Positions 49,550 to 62,916 of a DNA stretch of 64,000 nt are shown piece after piece. A model generated the notes under the pieces. That model was given only the letters and a program-made list of their open reading frames with translations. It had not been told where the DNA came from and did no database searches. The first letter of the stretch is position 1; the number at the start of each line of letters is the position of its first letter. This DNA is from Epiperipatus broadwayi (taxonomy: Eukaryota > Animalia > Onychophora). The stretch covers positions 12,772,001 through 12,836,000 of the forward strand of contig JAQFVV010000008.1 of NCBI GenBank assembly GCA_028023455.1, written 5' to 3'. The position numbers and the translations under genes are program-made.

Positions 49550-50605
49550 AGTGGTTCTAAAAAAAAAAAAGTGATTTCCAATTTATTACTATATATATAT
49601 ATTTGAAAAAACTATTTGATGAATTAAACCCTAAGAAATAATATTATAGTATGACAAAATCTTCTAAACTAATTATTACATAATAACAATACAATTTTCT
49701 ATTAACAAATAAAATACAAATAAATTAAATGTAATTTTACTCAGTATAAAAACATATACTGGTTATATGAATTTAAGCTTAAGATTATTTTCCTATACTT
49801 TTAAAACTATAAAATCATATGAAAATATTTGTTTTTATTTCAATAATATAATCTAAAATATCATCAAATAAAAATGTAACAATTATGAAAATCTCGAAAA
49901 ATATCTTCATAATTTTATGAGTAAAAATTAATCTCACAGTATCTATATATTTAAGAAATTACTTGTTTAAAATACAAACATCCTATTCATTTTTTGTTAT
50001 GGCAATATGCAAGAATAAAATCCTTGTGCAACATTAGAAATGATTTACCATTTTTTAAGTATATTAATATTATTAATATCTATTTTTAAGATTATTTTAT
50101 AAGTTATAATCTTTAAATTTAGTTGAAGGTCATAATATCTATTATAAACTCCAATCATATATGACATTATTTTAACTTTCTTATTGTTTCACATACGCAT
50201 ACTATTTTATACATATATAAATCATTAGTAGATTTTAATATAAATTTCCTGAATAAGTTAATCTTTTTTCTGATAATAATGTTCATCCATATGGATGAAA
50301 TATCTCAATAATAGAAAATACTTTCTTATTTTTATTTCTGACCCCCCCCCCCCAATATAAATCTATTTGTCTAAGAATATTTCCTATTGTTATATATTAT
50401 TTTTCACATGTAACTACAAAAATGCACTAATAATTTTTATCAGTCATTCATTAGACTAGAGATGATCCAATAATGAATAATATTTTTGTAGTGTAATTTT
50501 CGCTACACCATTCTCATGCAAGTTAGGAACTGGTTTCTATCCACTTTAAACACCTTGTGGAGGGATGTAATCATAAATATATGACAAGTGAAAAAGATTT
50601 ATTAT

Positions 50606-50649
50606 CCACAAGATTTGCATTTTGTGCTGAATCACCACTCATCAGTTGG
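50606..50649 (-). ncRNA. Decayed minimal hammerhead motif (second family)
   Basis: CCAA-CTGATGA-GTG(GTGATTCAG)CAC-AAAA-TGCAAATC-TTGTGG. The CGAAA to CAAAA change is consistent with CpG decay. Confidence 0.5.
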
Positions 50650-51889
50650 CCCACAATCTCTTACACATATTATTTTTCATTATTCAGTAAAAATGCACTA
50701 TATAACTAATTCTTATATGACAACAATAAAAGATAAATGAATTGCAATGTATTACTTAGATAATAATGCTCAAGGCTAGATGGGTTAATAAATGTAAATA
50801 TAATGCAGAAATCCACACCTAAACAATATCATTAACAATCTCAATCTGTTACCAAAGCAACCTCCTGTTTACAATAAAGGTGGATACCTATGGTCTAACA
50901 TGTTTCAAACAAAAAGCATACTTGCTGATTTATCTGCAAGATTCTGTTTCTTTTAGAAAAAAAAACTGGATAATGTACAGAGGATAAGAACTAATGGGCT
51001 ACTTGCTTTGATCTAGTGTTTCACATTAAAAGAATATCCAAATATAATGAATATTTTCATAACTTTTAATAAATCAAAGTAATTAAAATAAAATTTGACA
51101 CTCTTTATATAATTTTTAACTTAATAATTCTTTTTTTTTTCTTCTACTTGTTCAAACAAGAGAGAGACACTTATCTCTTTTACATATTATCGACTTCATT
51201 TACATACCAGATTTTTTTGCTTTATTTGTAAATTTTTGGGGTCTTCTCAACAAATTTATAAAGTAATCTGTTTTCTAACAAAGGAAAAACTAATTAAATG
51301 AATATATCAACACATATTTACTAAATAAAAAAAATCTTTATTCACATAATTATTTTCTGCATGTGGATATTTCATTACTCATTTGTTTATTTCAATTTTG
51401 TATGTATTGAAGCTAAATATATGCATATATATATATACTTCATGTTGACATATAAAAAATTATGAACAAAATTTAAGTTCAAAAATTTAATAAATAAAAA
51501 TTAAATGTGTATTGTAAATGCACAGATAAAGATATATGGTATAATTAATAATATAATTATTTTGTGTTAAATGCAAAATATTTTCTAAAATTTAAAAAGA
51601 TAATTGATTCTTTTAACAATATGGAAATGACACTCTAGGAAAAGTAATTAAAATGCTTGTAAACAGATTGCTAAATTAAATTTTAGGAGATAAGTATTTA
51701 AAATAATTTAATTAAAAAGGCTATTATTCCAGTTCAAAAATATGAGCTTGCAAATAGGATATTGGACAAATAAACTTGGACTTCAACAAAAATAAGTTAT
51801 CTATACCCAATAAATCAAAGAATCCAAATAAAAAATGGATCTGAATTTTACAGATAACTCCAAATCATATAAATAGCATGAAAATTACA

Positions 51890-53140
51890 TTCATTATTAT
51901 TCTATCTTAAATCTTGAAAGCTTGCCATCATTATTCTGCACTCATAATTATTATTTTTTTATTAAGATTTTGCTTTCACTATTAAGATTCTACCTTAAAT
52001 CTGAAAAGCTTGCCATCATTATTCTGCATTCATTATGATTATTCTATCTTGATTCTGCCAGTGATTATTATTCTGCTTTAATTAATTTTCATCTGGTAGT
52101 TCCAGCAAGGGTACCATGCAAGAGTAGAAAAGTCATTATCTGCTTCACTCTGTCAAGCTGGAGAGGAAAGGCCAAAAATCCATCACTGAGTCACATTAAA
52201 GAAGCCATCATCAATAGGGAGTCATCTGAATGTGTCCACTATGTATCCACCTTAGAAGAGGACAAAGCTGATGTCCAGTGCTATGAGAAGAACCAGACAC
52301 CAAAACAAGATCTAATTAAAATCTATGCATCCAAAATGAATGTGAAATAGTGATTTAAACCTGCATTCACTATCACTATGGTTTTAAGAATAAACTCTGC
52401 AAATACCTAAAGACTGAACATGAACTGTTAAGCTGAAAAAATAAATTAGACTAATATTTAGTTAATTATTATCTCCGATCTAATGAAATATGTTAATAAA
52501 TAGTTATGCAATTAGTCTGTTTGCATGCAGGTATGGCAAGAGATTGTAGTCTGTTCTATTTAAATATTATGCCACAATTTAGTCAGTGCTAATTGTAATA
52601 AATTAGTTTATAAAAGGCAATTAGCTTGTAATCAGAGTCTCTTGCTATGCTATTAAAAGATATACATTATTTAAAGCAGTATATCTATTAAATTACAAAT
52701 GGAGTTCAATTGCATTGCATAGACAAGCTAGACTAGAGTTCTATTACATAGATATCAGTTTTAGCTAACTAGTTTTGTATTTGAATTATTATTAATAAGA
52801 ATGTACTGCTTGGTATCCATTAATTCAGGTTATGAGTTACATCTGATTCTCATTCTTATGTAATGTGTCAATATTAGATGATTGTAACATCATTTGTGAA
52901 TGCCGATCTCTTACAATCATCTTATCTTGTAGAAGTTTAATTCCTGCCATAGGCATATAATCTCTCCATGTAACTGTTATAGTACAGATGTGGTTTCCTG
53001 TATTTTACAATTATTTTATTACCTATTATGTACTAATATCATAACGTGTAATTGATCACAACAGTCAATTAGTAAGATCAACCCTAATTTATAAGCTTGT
53101 ATCAGTTAGCATTAGAACAGCGGTGAGGATAGTAGTGAGT
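51890..53140 (+). repeat. LTR-like segment related to 25290-26300, with an internal ~95-bp tandem duplication
   Basis: Shared cattcattattattct and gttct.ttt.a.attatgccac motifs. aaagcttgccatcattattctgca is duplicated at ~51918 and ~52006. Confidence 0.4.
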
Positions 53141-53147
53141 AGTTATG

Positions 53148-54247
53148 TGTTATAACGGGATGATCCTTTTCAGGATTCGAGGAAGTCACATCTAACTATA
53201 TTCAGACTTTAAGTCTTCTTATAGAATGCCATGGATGACGTGATTTAAAATATAATCCAATCCACTCCTCTATTAATAATCTCGTTACTCTCAGAATTCG
53301 AGCTCAGAGTAGAAATCGCAATTGACTGTCTTCAGGTATTTCCACAAATATCCCATAGTAATGATAAATTTAGTATAAGCTATATATAACTTTTTTATAA
53401 ATATTAAATCACTAAGTTGATTCAACATATATATGCGTGAGTATGTATATTTATAATTATTAGTTTTATAAAATGACTAAATAAAATAAACAAACGAGAC
53501 CTGTTTAATTTTAAAATCAAGTTTAACACATTTTAATCAGTAATAGAAACAAAAATATTATCACATAAATAATTAAAAATATTAAAATTTAGAATTATAA
53601 TCTGTGCTTATATATAATACAATAATAAACTATTTAACATCCAAAAAAAAAAACAATAATGTAATTATTTACATATAAATAATTTAAAATCATGTGTACA
53701 ATAAATAATACCACCATACATTATAAATCTACATATTGTGTCATTAAAATGATTCAGTGTGTGTTATATGTTTGTACCAGATAACATCCATTCACACTAG
53801 AATAACAATAGAATGTATTCTTATATTAATTATGTTATTGATTAAAAAGAAATTATGATAATTGTCAGGTAATGTTCAATTTGGAATATAATAAACTTAC
53901 TTCCAAATTGAACTGATTTTAAAACTACTACCTTAGTCAACCATCACTTTCATCAGAGCATATATCAAAATATCAACATCTAGATTTTATTAAATAAATA
54001 AAAATAAAATGTTCATCTTATCAGTTCTCCACTTATCCTGTTAAGTTCAATTTAATATACAAAGTAATTTTTCCACGTAAATATAATTATCCCCAAATAA
54101 AATAAAGTTTAAGAGTTATTAAAGTACACAATGAAGTATTCCAAGATGAGAAAGAATAATGGTTTTATATTCGTCCTTAGACGAAATAAAATGACGATGA
54201 ATGTTGAAAGATAAAGTTCATTGATCATCCTTCGAAGAGGCAATCCA
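53148..54247 (-). repeat. 3' LTR (part alignable to the 5' LTR; may extend to ~55331)
   Basis: Highly similar to 61464-62584. Ends ..TATAACA at 53148. A PPT-like AAAAAAGGGG precedes TG at ~55331. Confidence 0.8.
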
Positions 54248-55724
54248 AATATTCATTCTTTTAAATATTTGCATAGTAAAATATTTAACATCTTCAATAA
54301 AATACTCCATTATTAAGGCAGCTTTTTTATTGGGAATTACGATGATTATATTTTAGGCATTAAGTAGGAATAAATCTACATTTTTAGATCTAAAACATCA
54401 GCATAAATCCTTGGCATAAATTGTCTAGCAAGAGAACATCTTTGTAAATTTTTGTCTTCTTAAACATATATTTTGAAAATCATTTTGAAGACGTTGATTT
54501 CTCTTATAACCTTGTCAATTTAAATGATTATTTGTTTAGTTCTTTATAATATTAAAAGTAAGTAAATTAATTACTTGAAGAAAGTTTTAAAATAGTGAAT
54601 CCTCTTTTTTTTCTTAAATGTGTTCTAAATTCGAACACATTTAAATTTACCAATGTAGTTATTGCTTCGATAACTAAATAGAAGATTATTATTATAACAA
54701 TTTAGTTCGTTTTTATACTTGGATCAATTTCTGACAGCATATCACATAATCATGCTCATGCTCTCTATTGTTTAAATGTACTTACAATTTGTAATGAACT
54801 CCAAACATTTATTTCCTTTGTTTCAACTGATAAAATGCAATGTTGACTTAAGGCTTTGTCACTGTCAAGTTTTGGTTAATAAAAAATACCATTAGTTGGA
54901 AACATTTATTTATGTGTGTATAAATAAATAAGAATAATTCATTTTTAGATTTATTTTAATATTTAATTAGTTTATGTATATAGCTGATATATGAAAAGCT
55001 GAAGATAGGTGTAGGTTATTTATATCTGTTAATTTGATATAGGCACAGGTAAATTCATAAAGAATCAAATTGTTTTAGGTGAGGCTCATGTGGTACTCTT
55101 ACATTATCCCTACTTTATAAGTTCAAATTTTATATTTACCATTAAAATTTGGACGCTTAATGTGTGTATGCATTAAATATAAAGTTGTGGAGCTTGTTTT
55201 TCTTTCTTGCTTTTATCAACCCTTATTATTTATTCTATTTTCTAACCCTTTTCTTTTTCTCTATACTAAACATCATTCAATTTAAACAGAAGGACAAGGG
55301 GGTTCATATATATAGGGTTCTTTCTTTTTCACCCCTTTTTTATTTTTCTTTAATGGATTTATTGTTATGTGCCTCTTTTATAGATGACACGTATGTATGT
55401 TTGTTTGGTAGTCTCCATCCTGCTTTTCTTTAAGACTCATGGACTTTTTTTAGAGCTATCCAAAACATAAGAACATCCATCATTCAGCATGAATTAACTC
55501 TTAAAACGATTTTAGTTTTCAGGTATCCTAAGAATTAATTTTAATTGCTTAGCATACCCTCATCAAAGAAAATTAATGTCTTTTTTGACTTATATACATC
55601 CTTAAACATATATATATATACCTATATACTTTTAAATGAAAACTTTTTCTCTCCTTACCTATTCCAAGTTATCTTTTCTTTCAACATTTTACTCTATACA
55701 TAAGTAGAATGTGGTAAAACATTA

Positions 55725-56788
55725 TTAATTCGTTTGACTGAAATAGGATTTTAAAGCTCTAGCATTGTAAGTGCCTTTAATGTCTCCCTTTATATTTATC
55801 CAGAATGCATTGGGAACTGTTTGCTTTATGATAGTATAAGGTCCTTCATATTGATGGTAAAACTTTTGATATTTGCTCTCTTGGGGTTTACTCATATGAG
55901 GTGTTTTTATAAAAACTTGATCCCCAATTTTGAACTTCATGTGAAATTGTCTTCACATTTTTATTTCTTTGATTGGCCTTTTTTACAAGTTGTTCATAAG
56001 CTTTTACTCTATCTTCTTTTGTATCTATTTCAGCATATGTAGCCATAGGTTTATATCTTGCAAATAATGTTGGTATGGTTTTTGTAAAGTGTAATCTAAT
56101 TGGTGCGAATCCAGTTGATTCATTCACATTCCAATTGATGAAATCGATTACATGCTTGGTTAGCTTAACCCACCCCTTATGCTCATCTCCTAAATAAGTC
56201 CTAAACAACCTACCAAGCTCCCACATTACACATTCACAAGAGTTGGACTGAGGATTTTTAATGGAGGTAAGCACATGTTTAATTTGAGATCTCTCTACCC
56301 ATGTTTTTCATTCTTTGGATAGGAAAGGAATACCATGATCTGTTTGTTAATATGATTCTAGGCTTCCCTATCCCAATGAATTGGAGGGTATCTAATATTT
56401 TGATGATATGTCTAGTATTAGCTTGGGGTATTGGGTAAGCTGACACATATTTTGAAAAGAGATCATAAGTAACTAATAAATATTTCTTCTTATTGAATGG
56501 AAGCAGAGGTCCATAATAATCAATTGCCAATGTCTCATTTGATCTTACTGGAATAATAGATTTTATTGAATTAACATAACTTTGGTTTACTGGCTTTGCT
56601 CTCAGGCACACTAAACAACCATGCAGTGATTTCAAGATGTCTTGATACATCTTTGGCCAGTAAAACCAATTTTTAATTATATGTTCTGTCTTATGAGCAC
56701 TGTAGTGTCCATACAGACAGTGTGTATATTTTACAAGTGGCATTCTTATTGATTTGTGTATAACTACCCTCCACTCTTCAATATCCAA
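55725..56788 (-). pseudogene. Gypsy integrase split by frameshifts
   Basis: HHCC finger HCLYGHY..CLVC, AIDYYG, frameshifted LTDHG, PQSNSCEC and GPY motif YEGPYTI across ORFs 56279-56788, 55888-56274 and 55725-55940. Confidence 0.9.
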
Positions 56789-56890
56789 ATTCAGTTTATA
56801 AAGTTAAGACATTTTTCTCTAACTTATATTGGATAAGATCTTTTGGCACATGCAGAACTTTCTCCCCCTTTAATGCATTAATTATGGGAT

Positions 56891-58957
56891 TTAAGTAGGA
56901 TCTTTTGACTGTGGGTCTTGTAAGTTTTCTAAATCGTTCTCTACATTTTTATCAATAATTAGATTGATGTTAGTAAGGTAGGCATTATCTACTGACAGGT
57001 TATATTGTTCTGACCTACATGGGTTTCGATTGAGCACATCTGCTACAACATTCTCGGATCCTTTGTAAAATTGGATGGTGTAATTGAATTCCTGCAATAA
57101 CAAGCTCCACTGGATTAAATGACTGTTAGTCAAGTAGCTGTGATTCAGGAATTCGAGGCTTTTGTGATCCATGACCACTATCACTTCTGATCCAAGAAGC
57201 ATCTGTTGAAACTTTTGGAAGGCCCACACTATGGCTAGTGCCTCCTTCTCAGTGACTGTATAGTTTAATTCTGGACCTTTCAAGAGATGACTGATGAAAT
57301 AGAAGACACCAGGTTGACCATCCTCCTGGATCTGGGATAATGTTACCTCTAATCCAAAACCACTGCTGTCCGTTTGAACAATAAATGGTTTGTTAAAATC
57401 AGGGAAGGCTAAGAACCCTGTTTTAATCTTTGTAAATGCCTCATCTTGTTCACCAGTCCAGTTCCACCTTTCATCCTTTCTAATGAGTTTTAGTAATGGT
57501 TCCATGTGGTCAGAGAACTTTCGATAAAAACGATTGTAGAAATTGCACAGTCCCAAGAATGATCTAATTTGTTTTCTACTCATGGGTTTTGGGAAGTTCT
57601 GTCTGGCACTGATCTTATCTGGATGAGGTCTTATCCCATTGCATCCAATGATATGTCCTAAGACAACCACTTTGTTACATACCGTGCTTTTCTTGAAATT
57701 GATTTTAATTCCCTTCACACGGCACTCTTTAAAAAATAATCTTAGATGTTGAAGGTGTTCTTCAATAGTGGTAGATGCAATAATTACATCATCCACATAA
57801 ATTGTAATGATCTGTTTGACCTCAGTGGATAAAGTTTTATCCAAGCATCGTATAAGGCCAGCACCACTATTGATCAATCCAAAGGGCATCCTATTAAACT
57901 GATAGGTGAAACCCTCATATCGGAAGGCAGTATAGTGGTGATCATCAGGATGGAGTTTAATTTGCCAATAACTGGAGGTTAAGTCAAAGGTGGAGAATAC
58001 CTTCTTATTTCCAAACTTCACAAACAATTCGTGAATGGGTGGTGGGATGTTCCTATCAAGAACCGTAATTTTGTTCAGTTGACAAGCATCCAAACAAAAT
58101 CTCATCGACCCATCTTTCTTTTTCACAGTAACAATTGGATTACAATAAGGGGAAGAACATTTGGAAATAATTGCCCAATCTAGCATCTTATTGATTTGTT
58201 TTGTTATCTCTTCACGATATTGGTATAGTATAGGATACAATTTGGATTGAAAGGGTTGGTCATGTATAAGATTTATTCTCTGCTGGAAACCCTTTATTAT
58301 CCCTGGTATTTTTGAAAAAATAGGGTCAGATTCATTAATAACAGATCGTAATTTAATTTTGTCATCGCTTCCAAGTAAATTAGATTCTGTGATTTTAATT
58401 TCAATTAGTGCCTGTGAGATTACAGATATCATACAATCAACTTCAAAAAGACCATATCTTGGATGCAATGTCATTTCCAAAATCTCATCATTAATCCTAT
58501 TATTTGAGAAATCAAGGATAGAATGGTTCATGTGGAGGAAATCTGCCCCTAAGATAGCCTCATGTATTAAGCCATCTAATATAAAAAAGACATGATAGAG
58601 GGTTGTTTGGACAATTTTAATTTGTATCCAAATTTGTTTTTGTAATAATTTGGCTTTTCTATTATTCGCCATGGTGACTTGTGTGGATTTTAGTGGTAAA
58701 ATTTTGATATTAGGGTTATTTGTCAGAACTTTATGATAGAATGCATCTGACACCACTGATATTTGACTACCAGAATCTAATAATGCTTTAACTGGTATGT
58801 CCTCAAACAACACCTCTATCATGGGGCAACTTTGCAAAGTAAAATCAGGTGCTCTGTCCTCCCATGAATTCATTAAATTAGTGATTTCCCAGTTTTCTAT
58901 TTTATTTATGTCCCTCATCGTTTTTTCGGTTTCTTGAGGTGAGGAACATGACCCCAA
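56891..58957 (-). CDS. pol: Gypsy pol: protease, reverse transcriptase and RNase H (688-aa uninterrupted ORF)
   Basis: ALLDSGSQ; FSTFDLTSSYWQ, RMPFGL, YVDD; QTDSSGFG, EKEALAIVW, DHKSL, NVVADVLNR. Confidence 0.93.
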   Translation of the reverse strand: MGSCSSPQETEKTMRDINKIENWEITNLMNSWEDRAPDFTLQSCPMIEVLFEDIPVKALLDSGSQISVVSDAFYHKVLTNNPNIKILPLKSTQVTMANNRKAKLLQKQIWIQIKIVQTTLYHVFFILDGLIHEAILGADFLHMNHSILDFSNNRINDEILEMTLHPRYGLFEVDCMISVISQALIEIKITESNLLGSDDKIKLRSVINESDPIFSKIPGIIKGFQQRINLIHDQPFQSKLYPILYQYREEITKQINKMLDWAIISKCSSPYCNPIVTVKKKDGSMRFCLDACQLNKITVLDRNIPPPIHELFVKFGNKKVFSTFDLTSSYWQIKLHPDDHHYTAFRYEGFTYQFNRMPFGLINSGAGLIRCLDKTLSTEVKQIITIYVDDVIIASTTIEEHLQHLRLFFKECRVKGIKINFKKSTVCNKVVVLGHIIGCNGIRPHPDKISARQNFPKPMSRKQIRSFLGLCNFYNRFYRKFSDHMEPLLKLIRKDERWNWTGEQDEAFTKIKTGFLAFPDFNKPFIVQTDSSGFGLEVTLSQIQEDGQPGVFYFISHLLKGPELNYTVTEKEALAIVWAFQKFQQMLLGSEVIVVMDHKSLEFLNHSYLTNSHLIQWSLLLQEFNYTIQFYKGSENVVADVLNRNPCRSEQYNLSVDNAYLTNINLIIDKNVENDLENLQDPQSKDPT

Positions 58958-59029
58958 GTACCTTTTCAGTTTGGTTTTTGTTGTATTTTCAGTGCATGAT
59001 TACTGGTTGTAGGTTGAGATTTTTCTGGG

Positions 59030-61146
59030 CTATTGAAAGGATTCATCTTGTTTTTTTGATGTTTGATTACTCTTATTTGAGTATGTATGAGAAGGGATTA
59101 GCTGTAATGACTTCCCTTTCCAATGATTTATGTCATTATTATTCTTTCTTTTTTTATAGTAAGTAGTATTTACTGTGAGTTCTTCTTTTCTCTTTTCTGT
59201 AGTTCTTGATGATATGTTAGTATTATTTAAATCAATACTGTTAAGTAATTCTGTTACTTTTTCTATAGTATTGGTATTTGTGCATAACAATGTTTGCTCA
59301 ATTTTCCATGGTAAGTTTCTTTTAACAATATGAACAATATCACCTTCTGTTAAATGATAAGTACTTAATGTTCTAAGTTTGGTAACTTGACGTCGGAAGA
59401 ATTTAGTTAATATTTCTCCTGGAGAAGGCTTATATTTCTCTTGAAATAGTTGATAAAGTAATGTTTCTTGTTTATCCCTACTCCAAAAATTTTTAATCAA
59501 CATTATTTGGTAATCATTAAATGTGGATGGAGTTTTGAATAATGACTCCCACCATAGGAGTGCATCTCCCTGTAAATGACTATAAGCAATAATCAGTTTT
59601 TCTCCCTCAGTCAAATTCTTATTTACTGAAAAATATAAATTGAGACTCTTAAGGTGTTCTATGGGTGCTTCACTTGGTAATCCCTTAAAAACCTTGAGTC
59701 GCACAAATTGATTAATGGTATTCATCGGTGTTGTATGATTATATGGTCTATTTAGCACTGTAGAATCTATATGTGGGGTTAGCATACGTAAATCTGAATT
59801 ACTTTGATTTATGTTAGGATTAATTCCACCAAAATTATCATGAAAAAAATATTCTTAATTTTCTTGCATCATTTGATATGGAAAGATAGATTCCAATAGG
59901 GATTTGTTTGCATCATTAAGATCTCAGGTAACTGTATCTGAATTATTTTCTACATTTCTTCTATCTTTATCATCTTGGGTATTTGGGTTATATTCATTTA
60001 ATTACATTTTTGTATTTTGTGAATTTTTATGTAATTGAGATTCAACATGGATAAAATTTTGGGTAGTGGTTTTATTCAAGTGATGTATTTGATTCTGCGT
60101 TCCACTTGTGTCTTTTATAATTATTTCTAAAGCCTTTTTAGTTATAATTATATCTGCCTCATTTAAAGCCACTTTATCTCTTAGCTGCCTTAGATCTTGA
60201 TTTATGGTTTCACTAATTTCCATCCCTGTTTCTATTTCACTATTCTGTCTTATATTAAACTGATTCACTTTCACATAAATATCTTGAAATTCTTCTTGAA
60301 TCTTTTCATGGTACTTTTCTTGGTTTGTTTAGATTTCATTTTTAAAAAGTTTCCTGGCTCTGGTGCATCTCTTGATATTTGATATCTACTTGATTAGTTA
60401 CACTACAACTAAATTCTTTAAAACGTTGTTGACATTGTAAGTTTTCTTCATTCATCTCTTTTGTCACTTCATTTACTCTTTGTTTTATTTCAACATTATC
60501 TTTTTGAACCTTATTTAAATCTAATGATAATTGTTTCATTTCTTCAATTTAGTTTCCACATCTTTGATTTCTACTTGCATCTTTTCCTTAACACCATCAA
60601 TATCTTTCTAAACTCTTCTTTTATAGAAATTGTCTTCTTTTAATTTCACTTCCATATTATCCATATCAACTTTAATTACAATATTATCATTCATTCTAGC
60701 CATTTCTCCCTTCATATCAGCATTCATTTTATTCATATCAGCTTTGGTTACCATATCAGCATTCATTTTATTTATATCAGCATTCATATTATTCATATCA
60801 GCTTTGGTTACCATATCAGCTTTTAAATCCATCATCATTTGGACCAATTGAACCATATACTTATCATTACCTTGAGGTTGTACTGTTATAGCTTCAGTTA
60901 CCTTTTGTGTTTGAGGTAATATTTGATCTGTCATGTGAACTGTGAAGGATGTTCATCTTCTGCTATAGACCCCTCAGACATTAGGACTTGTAAAGATCTT
61001 TGTTCATTACTAATTGAAGTGATTTCTATTTCACTATCTTTATTGCTTAAAGATTCTTCGAAACTTTTTACTTCCATTATTATTAGCTTTTTCCCACTTC
61101 TAGTTATCATTAACAAAAAATTTCTAATGTTATATTTATAAATCAC
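59030..61146 (-). pseudogene. gag: Gypsy gag with a long coiled-coil N-terminal region, broken into several ORFs
   Basis: 59030-59785 capsid-like FKGLPSEAPIEHL..HLQGDALLWW..LPWKIE. Upstream ORFs 60002-60934 are coiled-coil-like with ADMVTK/ADMNKMN repeats. Confidence 0.75.
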
Positions 61147-61445
61147 TTTCTTTTCAAAGTTATACTTTAATATATGCCATAAGATTTCATGCTGTGTTTA
61201 TGCCCTTAAATGTAATTCTATTTTTCCTACTTTTATAAGATGTTGTTATAATATATATTTTAATGCCCAAACTATAATCATATTTATTTATTTATTTTAA
61301 AGCGACTGATTTATCTGTTTAGTACAGTTTATTTTATTTCAAGGTCTTCATTATTTATTATTCAGTGTTTTTACCAATTCACAACATACTCATATAATTT
61401 TTTTTTTAAACTATGGATTTAACTAATGGAAAACTACTGTTTCAT

Positions 61446-61463
61446 GCCCCACATTCAGTGCCA
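61446..61463 (-). promoter_or_regulatory. Primer-binding site, tRNA-Lys-like
   Basis: TGGCACTGAATGTGGGGC directly after the LTR-terminal CA. 14 of 18 positions match TGGCGCCCAACGTGGGGC (tRNA-Lys-CUU PBS). Confidence 0.75.
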
Positions 61464-62584
61464 TGTATAATGGGACGATCCTTTTCAGGACTCGAGGAAA
61501 TCGCATCTAACTATATTCGGACTTTAAGTCTTCTTATAGAATGCCATGGATGGTGTGATTTAAAATATAATCCAATCCACTCCTCTATTAATAACCTCGT
61601 TACTCTCGGAATTTGAGCTCAGAGTAAAAAATCGCAGTTGACTCTCTTCAAGCATTTCCACAAATATCCCATAGTAATGATAAATTTAGTATAAGCTATA
61701 TATAACTTTTTTATAAATATTAAATCACTAAGTTGATTCAACATGTATATGCGTATGTATATTTATAATTATTGGTTTTATAAAATGACTAAATGTCTTT
61801 GGGAAAAGATAGAATGGCCATTCTATCTTTTCCCAAAGACTTTATCATGTGTTGATATGCAAAGTGCATTTTCACAGCTTAATGCTGTTTAACTATTACA
61901 TGTAAATAATTAAAAATATTAAAATTTAGAATTATAATCTGTGCTTATATATAATACAATAATAAACTATTTAGCACCCCAAAAAAAAACAATAATGTAA
62001 TTATTTACATATATATACTTTAAAATCATGTGTACAATAAATAATACCACCATACATTATAAATCTACATATTGTGTCTTTAAAATGATTCAGTGTGAGT
62101 TATATGTTTGTACCAGATAACATCCATTCACACTAGAATAACAATAGAATGTATTCTTATATTAATTATGTTATTGATTAAAAAGAAATTATGATAATTG
62201 TCAGGTAATGTTCAATTTGGAATATAATAAACTTACTTCCAAATTGAACTGATTTTAAAACTACTACCTTAGTCAACCATCGCTTTCATCAGAGCATATA
62301 TCAAAATATCAACATCTAGATTTTATTAAATAAAATACAAATAAAATGTTCATCTTATCAGTTCTCCACTTATCCTGTTAAGATCAATTTAATAAATGAA
62401 GTAATTTTTCCATGTAAGTATAATTATCCCCAAAGGAAATAAAGTTTAAGAGTTATTAAAGTACACAATGAAGTATTCCAAGATGAGAAAGAATAATGGT
62501 TTTATATTCCTCCTTAGACGAAATAAAATGATGATGAATGTTAAAAGATAAAGTTCATTGATCATTCTTCAAAGAGGCAATCCA
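61464..62584 (-). repeat. 5' LTR (probably truncated at the U3 end)
   Basis: Direct repeat of 53148-54247 abutting the PBS. Similarity stops after gaggcaatcca. Confidence 0.85.
61795..61840. repeat. Perfect 46-bp palindrome inside the 5' LTR
   Basis: gtctttgggaaaagatagaatgg|ccattctatcttttcccaaagac. Absent from the 3' LTR. Confidence 0.95.
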
Positions 62585-62916
62585 CGATATTCTTCCTTTC
62601 TGCTCGTGTGTTATATAAGTTCATGTTTAATTCAACTATCAATTGTTCCACTGACATTAAGATTTAATAATAAAATAAAAAATATATAAGTATTTATTCT
62701 TAACTTCAAATCTGGCATTTTACTCAAAAGCTTAAGGTATATATTATTTAAAACTTAAATGTATATATAAATAGTACATATATGTTACATAATAAAATAG
62801 TCAAATAAAAATTTATATTTATAAATAATTTCACAAGAGATAAAACATGCTAGACTAATAATAACAACTGTAAGTTACTATTATAATATATATATATGTG
62901 TGTGTGTGTGTATATA

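Larger units (their letters stand above)
53148..62584 (-). mobile_element. Nearly complete Ty3/gypsy LTR retrotransposon
   Basis: Paired direct repeats, a PBS, and gag, PR-RT-RH and IN ORFs in gypsy order. Confidence 0.92.
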
